Source: an uncultured bacterium (GTDB lineage Bacteria > DYJV01). Taken from it: a stretch of DNA of 45,828 nucleotides. A model generated the notes under the pieces. The model was not told where the DNA came from, made no database searches, and saw only the letters and a list, made by a program, of their open reading frames with translations. The DNA lies in assembly GCA_964543655.1 (NCBI GenBank), contig CAZIZE010000087.1, positions 1 through 45,828 on the forward strand. Reading direction: 5' to 3'. Made by a program: the position numbers and the translations under genes. This document shows, one piece after another, positions 40,877-45,828 of this stretch; within the stretch, counting starts at the first letter, position 1; the number at the start of each line of letters is the position of its first letter.

Positions 40877-41830
40877 TTAAAAGATTCCTTTTGTAGTATA
40901 AATAGCTATAACTCCAAGAAGAGTTAAAACAAACGCAACAGCCATATAATCAAAAATTTTGTATAATCTATATTTTGAAATTGACTCCTCTAACAGTGCA
41001 ATGATTGTAACGAGCACTACCATTTTAATAAAGTGAATAACAGAGTAAATTATAACATATCCAAATGAAGCTCCCTCCATTGGCACCCAAAATGGCAATG
41101 AAAAAACATTGAGAAAAACGCTCATTAAAAGAAAATGTTTAATATAACTGCCCCATTTGTAAATTGCCAGGTCAGGCCCTGAGTATTCCAACTCCATAGC
41201 CTGATCTATCATTCCAAACTCAGCTTGAGTTTTAGATTCTATAGGCAATTTCCCTGTTTCAATAATTATAATCATACCAAAAGCTGATGCTATAAATAGG
41301 TGAACAATAGATGTAAACCATGTATGAGAAGTTTGAAAAATATTATTAATTACATAAGGGTTATTTGTATTTGAAATTATTCCACATAAAATGAATATTA
41401 ATACAACCATAGGGTCAGCAAGTGAACCAACACTTGCTGCTCTTGCAGTTCCAAGGTGAGAATAATTATTGCGACTGTCAAGTGCTGTAATTTTCTTAAT
41501 TAATCCAGCTGCTCCAAAAATTAATCCACCACCAATAAAATCAGCTGTAGGGCCAAATGTTAAGGGAAATCCTGTAATAATTGGTAGAATTATAATAAGG
41601 AGCATATAAAATGCAAAATTAATATATGGCCCCAACCTGAAAAGTGGAGAAGCAACCTGAGGTACAAGGCTCTCCTTTTTTAAAAGCTTAAAAATATCGT
41701 AATATGGCTGAAAAATTGAAGGTCCCTGTTTTGATTCAAGACGCTCTTTTAATTTAGCAAGAATACCAACTAAGAGAGGTGCCAATAAAATCACATAGAT
41801 AAGCTGTAAAATTGAATAAATTAGAAGCAA
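40877..41830 (-). CDS. HyfC/HycD/NuoH-like membrane subunit
   Basis: LAPLLVG..K.RL..GPSIFQPYYDIFKLLKKE, ETGKLP, MELEYSGPDLA; TTG start with AAGGAG. Confidence 0.92.
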   Translation of the reverse strand: MLLIYSILQLIYVILLAPLLVGILAKLKERLESKQGPSIFQPYYDIFKLLKKESLVPQVASPLFRLGPYINFAFYMLLIIILPIITGFPLTFGPTADFIGGGLIFGAAGLIKKITALDSRNNYSHLGTARAASVGSLADPMVVLIFILCGIISNTNNPYVINNIFQTSHTWFTSIVHLFIASAFGMIIIIETGKLPIESKTQAEFGMIDQAMELEYSGPDLAIYKWGSYIKHFLLMSVFLNVFSLPFWVPMEGASFGYVIIYSVIHFIKMVVLVTIIALLEESISKYRLYKIFDYMAVAFVLTLLGVIAIYTTKGIF

Positions 41831-41831
41831 A

Positions 41832-41878
41832 ACAATACTCCTTGTTTAAGTAATAAGAACTTAAACAGGAGTTATTGT
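41832..41878 (-). promoter_or_regulatory. Riboswitch expression platform: SD-sequestering (possibly terminator) hairpin
   Basis: ACAATAACTCCTGTTTAAG (41878-41860) pairs with CTTAAACAAGGAGTATTGT (41850-41832), which contains the SD AAGGAG (41843-41838); followed by the TTG start. Confidence 0.8.
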
Positions 41879-41917
41879 CTCGCTATGCGAGAGGTTAAAG
41901 GTGAACTCCACCACCTG
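41864..41917 (-). ncRNA. Fluoride (crcB-class) riboswitch aptamer, variant
   Basis: Minus strand AGGTG-GT-GGAGTT-CACCT-TTAACC-TCTCGC-ATA-GCGAGA-CAAT-AACTCC-TG: P1 AGGTG/CACCT, P2 TCTCGC/GCGAGA, pseudoknot GGAGTT/AACTCC; lies in the 5' UTR downstream of TTGACA (41957-41952). Confidence 0.8.
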
Positions 41918-41953
41918 AAATTGAATCCTGATTAGCATAAGAAAAATTTATTG

Positions 41954-42769
41954 TCAAGAATTTAAATTTTTATAAACATGAATATCCATTTGTGGGTAAG
42001 GTATTCCAATACCTTTTTCATCAAAAGTTAATTTAATTTTTTCTAATAAGTCAAAATACACATCCCAGTAATCAGATGATTTTACCCAGGGTCTAACAGC
42101 AAAATTCACACTACTATCTGCAAGCTCTGATACAGCGACAATAGGTGCAGGTTCTTTTAATATTCTACTGTCAGAGGATAAAATTTCATAAAGGGTTTCT
42201 TTTGCTAATTTTATATTATCATTGTAGCCTATTCCTATTGTTAAGTCTATTCTTCTTGTATCTTTTGCAGAGTAGTTTATAATGTTATTTCCAAGAATAT
42301 TTGAATTAGGTACAATAATAGCCTTGTTGTCTGGTGTTTTTAACTCAGTATTAAATAATGTAATTTTTTCCACTACTCCACTAACACCTCCAACGTCAAC
42401 AAAATCACCTATTTTAAAAGGTCTAAAAAGCATTAAAACAACACCTGCCCCAATATTTGACAGATTATTCTGAAGTGCCAACCCAATAGCCAATGTTGCT
42501 GCACCAACAATAGCAACAAATGAAGTCATTTTTATTCCAAGAGTGCTTAATGATGCAAGTACAACAAGAACCATTAAGCCAATATATGTAAGGTCACCAA
42601 GGAAGGTTGCAAGAGTTGCTTCAACTTTAGCTTTTTTCATTATATTTCTTAAAAATTTTGTAATTAAATTGGCAAAAAATTTACCAACAATGAAAATAAC
42701 AACAGCACCAAGAATTTTAATCCCATATTGAATTGCATAATTTGTTATGGTTGTTGTAATATTTTCCAT
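41954..42769 (-). CDS. mscS: Small-conductance mechanosensitive channel
   Basis: GAATLAIGLALQ..SN..AG, RPFKIGD, TPDNKAIIVPNS, RRIDL, IPYPQMD. Confidence 0.95.
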   Translation of the reverse strand: MENITTTITNYAIQYGIKILGAVVIFIVGKFFANLITKFLRNIMKKAKVEATLATFLGDLTYIGLMVLVVLASLSTLGIKMTSFVAIVGAATLAIGLALQNNLSNIGAGVVLMLFRPFKIGDFVDVGGVSGVVEKITLFNTELKTPDNKAIIVPNSNILGNNIINYSAKDTRRIDLTIGIGYNDNIKLAKETLYEILSSDSRILKEPAPIVAVSELADSSVNFAVRPWVKSSDYWDVYFDLLEKIKLTFDEKGIGIPYPQMDIHVYKNLNS

Positions 42770-42825
42770 TCTTTCCTCCTAATGATTGGCATATAGAATA
42801 AATAGTGGAATAAGATTGAAAAGTC

Positions 42826-42860
42826 AATAAAAAATCCCCTGAAATAGGGGATTTTTATTT
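42826..42860 (-). terminator. Intrinsic terminator after htpX (symmetric)
   Basis: AAAAATCCCCT-GAAAT-AGGGGATTTTT stem-loop with T-tracts on both strands. Confidence 0.85.
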
Positions 42861-43708
42861 TATCTGTTTTGAGCCATAAGCTCTAATCTTCTTACTCTTT
42901 CCTCTATTGGTGGGTGAGTGCTGAAAAGGTTTAAAACTGCCCTACCACCACTTAATGGGCTTACAATAAACATATGAGCAGTAGCAGGATTAACATTGTT
43001 TTCTGTTAATCTAATACCAGCATCAAGTTTTTTAAGAGCATTTGCAAGGAAAAGTGGGTTACCGCTATATTTAGCCCCTCCTTCATCTGCAAGAAACTCT
43101 CTTGACCTTGAAATAGCCATCTGTACAAGCATTGCTGCAAAAGATGCTATTATACTGAAAAGGAGGGCAAATATTATATTACCACCTTCCTCATCATCTC
43201 CACCAAGACCTAAAAATGCACCCCATTGCAACCAGTTTGCTATCATACTGATAGCTCCTGCCATTGTAGCTGCAACTGTTTGAATCAGGATATCTCTATG
43301 TTTTATATGTGAAATTTCATGAGCTAACACACCAAATAATTCATCTTCACTTAAAAGATGCATTATACCTGTAGTAACAGCAACTGCTGAATGCTCCGGA
43401 TTCCTACCTGTTGCAAATGCATTTGGCATTGATGTGTCAATAATGTAAACTTTAGGTTTTGGGATCTCTGCTCTCTCTGCAAGTAAATTAATCATTTTGT
43501 GCAATGTTGGCGCTTCAGCCTCTGAAACCTCTTTGGCACCGTACATTTTCAAAACAATTTTGTCACTAAACCAGTAACTAAAAAAGTTCATTACTCCAGC
43601 AAAAATCAGAGCTATTATCATCCCTGACTTTCCACCAAAGAAGTTCCCTAACATTACTAAAATCACAGTTAGTAATGCCATTAGAAAAAAAGTTTTCACA
43701 TGGTTCAT
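42860..43708 (-). CDS. htpX: Membrane zinc metalloprotease HtpX
   Basis: [17 protein letters not shown] (HExxH), [18 protein letters not shown] 43708 fits the GGGGG SD better than GTG 43714. Confidence 0.96.
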   Translation of the reverse strand: MNHVKTFFLMALLTVILVMLGNFFGGKSGMIIALIFAGVMNFFSYWFSDKIVLKMYGAKEVSEAEAPTLHKMINLLAERAEIPKPKVYIIDTSMPNAFATGRNPEHSAVAVTTGIMHLLSEDELFGVLAHEISHIKHRDILIQTVAATMAGAISMIANWLQWGAFLGLGGDDEEGGNIIFALLFSIIASFAAMLVQMAISRSREFLADEGGAKYSGNPLFLANALKKLDAGIRLTENNVNPATAHMFIVSPLSGGRAVLNLFSTHPPIEERVRRLELMAQNR

Positions 43709-43779
43709 AAACACCCCCTACTTTTTTATATCATTTTACTTTAACCATTATTCTTAAAATATATAATTAAAAATTTTTG

Positions 43780-43806
43780 TCAAGTTTTTTAAAATTAAAC
43801 CGATTT
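43780..43806 (+). promoter_or_regulatory. Putative sigma28 (FliA) promoter for the lipoprotein gene
   Basis: TCAAGTTT, 11 nt, ACCGATTT versus consensus TAAAGTTT-N11-GCCGATAA. Confidence 0.55.
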
Positions 43807-43841
43807 AATATTTGCAAATAATCTATAAAAAGGAGGAGAGC

Positions 43842-44435
43842 ATGAAAAAAGCTGTTCTAATATTTCTTTCCTGTTTTATTGCTATCTATTTTTCAGCATG
43901 CTGCACAACTCAGCAATGCTGTACAGCGCAAACAAAGCAAATAACTCCTGCACCAGCAGCACCAATTGGAAAAAGCAGTAAAAGCTTGCCTCATATAGGT
44001 AGCTCATCTCATGATGATTGCTATATTACACTTTATGCAGTGGGAAGAGGTGCTCCACCAAAAGATTCTGAATTTAGTGAGGTGCAAAAATATCTTCTTG
44101 CAGAGAGAGCTGCTATTTCAGATGGTTATAGGCTGCTTTCTGAAAAATTAGAAGGTGTTTTTGTTGATGCTTATTCAAAAACAAGTGATTATGTAGTTGA
44201 TTATGACAGAATTCATCTTGCAACAAGAGCTTTCCTAAAAGGAGTGGAGATTACCAGTATCAAGCATAAAGATAATGGTGTATGTCAGGTTGAAATGAAA
44301 ATTACCATATTTAGAGATCTGTTATGTGAATATTTCCCAAAACCTGTAGTGTATAATTTAAAAACTTGTGCTACGCAAGCTGTAAACTGTCCAACTTGTC
44401 AAAGAGTTGCTAATCAGAGCAATTGCTGCAATTAA
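43842..44435 (+). CDS. LPP20/FlgP-like lipoprotein with Cys-rich termini
   Basis: AGGAGG then ATG 43842; lipobox FSAC; A.G.GAPP..QKYLLAERAAISDGYR.LSE.L.GV core resembles LPP20/FlgP. Confidence 0.72.
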   Translation: MKKAVLIFLSCFIAIYFSACCTTQQCCTAQTKQITPAPAAPIGKSSKSLPHIGSSSHDDCYITLYAVGRGAPPKDSEFSEVQKYLLAERAAISDGYRLLSEKLEGVFVDAYSKTSDYVVDYDRIHLATRAFLKGVEITSIKHKDNGVCQVEMKITIFRDLLCEYFPKPVVYNLKTCATQAVNCPTCQRVANQSNCCN

Positions 44436-44464
44436 AAAAATCCTGCACATTTGTGCAGGATTAT
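44434..44464. terminator. Intrinsic terminator between the convergent lipoprotein and aor genes
   Basis: AATCCTGCAC-ATTT-GTGCAGGATT stem; the A7 run gives a U-tract on the minus strand. Confidence 0.85.
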
Positions 44465-44466
44465 AT

Positions 44467-45828
44467 TCATTCCCAACCATGCAATTTATAATAATCTGAA
44501 AGCATTTTCTCAAATTCTTCTCTTTTTAAAACATTTTCTCCGTTATTTATAGGTTCATTAAAAAATCTTGCTGGTATTGAATCATCTTTTTTTGTTAATC
44601 CACATTTATTATTGAAAAATTTTGTTAAATCTAAAACATTTAATGCAAGCTTTTTCAATTCTTCTTTATTCAATTTTAATCCTGAAGTAATATATATTAT
44701 TTCACCAAGTTCGTCCCACATATATAAATCTCTGTAAAATCTGCATACAATAAGGCAGTCATGTATGGTTAATCTTTCCTCAAAATCAAGAAAAAGCTCT
44801 GCTTTTCCATCAATCTGGTTTTTATCTATAAGCCCAGCAAGTTCAGCCTTGTAAAAGGTAGCTCTCAAATGACATGCTCCCCTTGGTGAAGTTGCATACG
44901 CAAGCCCCATCCCTTTTAGGACTCTTGGCTCATATCCTGCTGGTTCAAGTCCTTTTACATGGATTGCCATACCTTCCATATCCCATTTTTTTGCTGCAAA
45001 TTTAATCCCTTCAGCAAGAATATCACCTATACCTTTTCTAAAAACTATCATCTCTATTAATTCAGCAGCTTTTTCAGAATCACCATAAGAGATTTTATAA
45101 TCTATTTTTCCAAGTTCACTTGCTTCCATGGTAAATGCAACAAGATTTCCCGCTGTTATTGTATCTATTCCGTAATTGTCGCATAAATCATTAAGATAAG
45201 CTATTTCTCTCAAATCATCAATTAAACATAATCCACCAAAAGCATATATAGTCTCATATTCTGGTCCCTCTATTTTCAACCCTTTATGTTTTCCATCTTT
45301 TACTTCAGAAAGTTTTCCACATGCCATAAAGCATCTGGGGCATGCTTTGGGTCTGGGATTAAGAATATCTTTCATTGCATCTGCTGATATTTTCTCCCAC
45401 CTGTCAAATGTCCCCTGATGCCAGTACTTGGAAGGAAAACCTTTAATAGAGTTATTAATAGCAACAAGCATCGGTGTACCAAGTTCTCTATATGCTTTTA
45501 CTCCTATGTCATCTTTAGCTCTCTCAAGAATTTTTTTTGTAAATTCATTTACTCCCTCTTCTGAAAAAACTTCTCTTTTTTTATTACCTTTAAATGCTAT
45601 TGCTTTTACTTTTTTAAAACCAAGAACCGCTCCAACACCTGTTCTCCCGGCACTGCGCCAATAATTATTTTCTATAACAGCAAATTTAACAAGGTTTTCA
45701 GCAGCCTGGCCTATGGTAATAATGCCACTATCCTTTCCAATTCTATCTCTAATAATGTCTTCTGTTTCATAGGTGCCTTTGCCCCAGATATCACTTGCAT
45801 TGTGAAAAACAACCTGATTTTCAGAAAT
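44467..45828 (-). CDS. aor: Tungstopterin aldehyde:ferredoxin oxidoreductase family protein (5' end outside the window)
   Basis: Frame stays open from 45471 to the window edge (..IGQAAENLVKFA..SAGRTGVGAVLGFKKVKAIA..LGT); CPRCFMAC, GPEYET, CDNYGIDTI, HVKGLE..YEPR, RGACH. Confidence 0.92.
   Translation of the reverse strand: MSENQVVFHNASDIWGKGTYETEDIIRDRIGKDSGIITIGQAAENLVKFAVIENNYWRSAGRTGVGAVLGFKKVKAIAFKGNKKREVFSEEGVNEFTKKILERAKDDIGVKAYRELGTPMLVAINNSIKGFPSKYWHQGTFDRWEKISADAMKDILNPRPKACPRCFMACGKLSEVKDGKHKGLKIEGPEYETIYAFGGLCLIDDLREIAYLNDLCDNYGIDTITAGNLVAFTMEASELGKIDYKISYGDSEKAAELIEMIVFRKGIGDILAEGIKFAAKKWDMEGMAIHVKGLEPAGYEPRVLKGMGLAYATSPRGACHLRATFYKAELAGLIDKNQIDGKAELFLDFEERLTIHDCLIVCRFYRDLYMWDELGEIIYITSGLKLNKEELKKLALNVLDLTKFFNNKCGLTKKDDSIPARFFNEPINNGENVLKREEFEKMLSDYYKLHGWE

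Noticed and set aside
35210-41830. Genuine hydrogenase-4 / formate hydrogenlyase
   Set aside because: No NiFe or Fe-S ligands, and no ferredoxin subunit, maturation protease or hyp genes in the window
44467-45471. aor as a short 334-aa or truncated gene
   Set aside because: The reading frame continues without stops to the window edge
1841-45664. Short overlapping ORFs in the track (e.g. 22379-22828, 30584-31015, 42996-43283, 45428-45664)
   Set aside because: Antisense or off-frame shadows of well-supported genes with no recognisable motifs
1-45828. CRISPR arrays, tRNA/rRNA genes, IS elements, prophage
   Set aside because: No spaced repeats, cloverleafs, transposase or phage genes seen; intergenic space is minimal

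Overview
Very AT-rich, gene-dense bacterial chromosome segment from a likely anaerobic, flagellated diderm (lapAB, stator, AOR, HydB/NuoF-type module); taxonomy is not assigned. It is mostly core genome. In order: DUF2059, rodA, an EndoQ-UvrD fusion, an orphan 2-hydroxyacyl-CoA dehydratase subunit and a radical SAM protein (+); a long minus-strand run HIT-lapA-lapB-fapA-motA-motB-PilZ-recG-xerD-pabB-pabC; two sensor kinases; carB; a stand-alone NuoE/F/G-like (HoxEFU/BfuABC-type) module; GT2, mgtE, ygiQ, rlmN, a crotonase and pyrE; a six-gene Hyf/Ehr-like membrane complex; mscS, htpX, an LPP20/FlgP-like lipoprotein and a truncated aldehyde:ferredoxin oxidoreductase. The most striking element is the Ehr-like operon (35210-41830). 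Its large subunit lacks the NiFe ligands, its small subunit has lost all four Fe-S cysteines, and no ferredoxin subunit is present, yet the antiporter-like subunits look intact. The operon sits under a variant fluoride (crcB-class) riboswitch with a visible SD-sequestering hairpin. This suggests a cofactor-less, complex-I-derived ion transporter induced by fluoride. No rRNA, tRNA, CRISPR array or transposase was seen. All family calls come from motif recognition by eye, not database searches.
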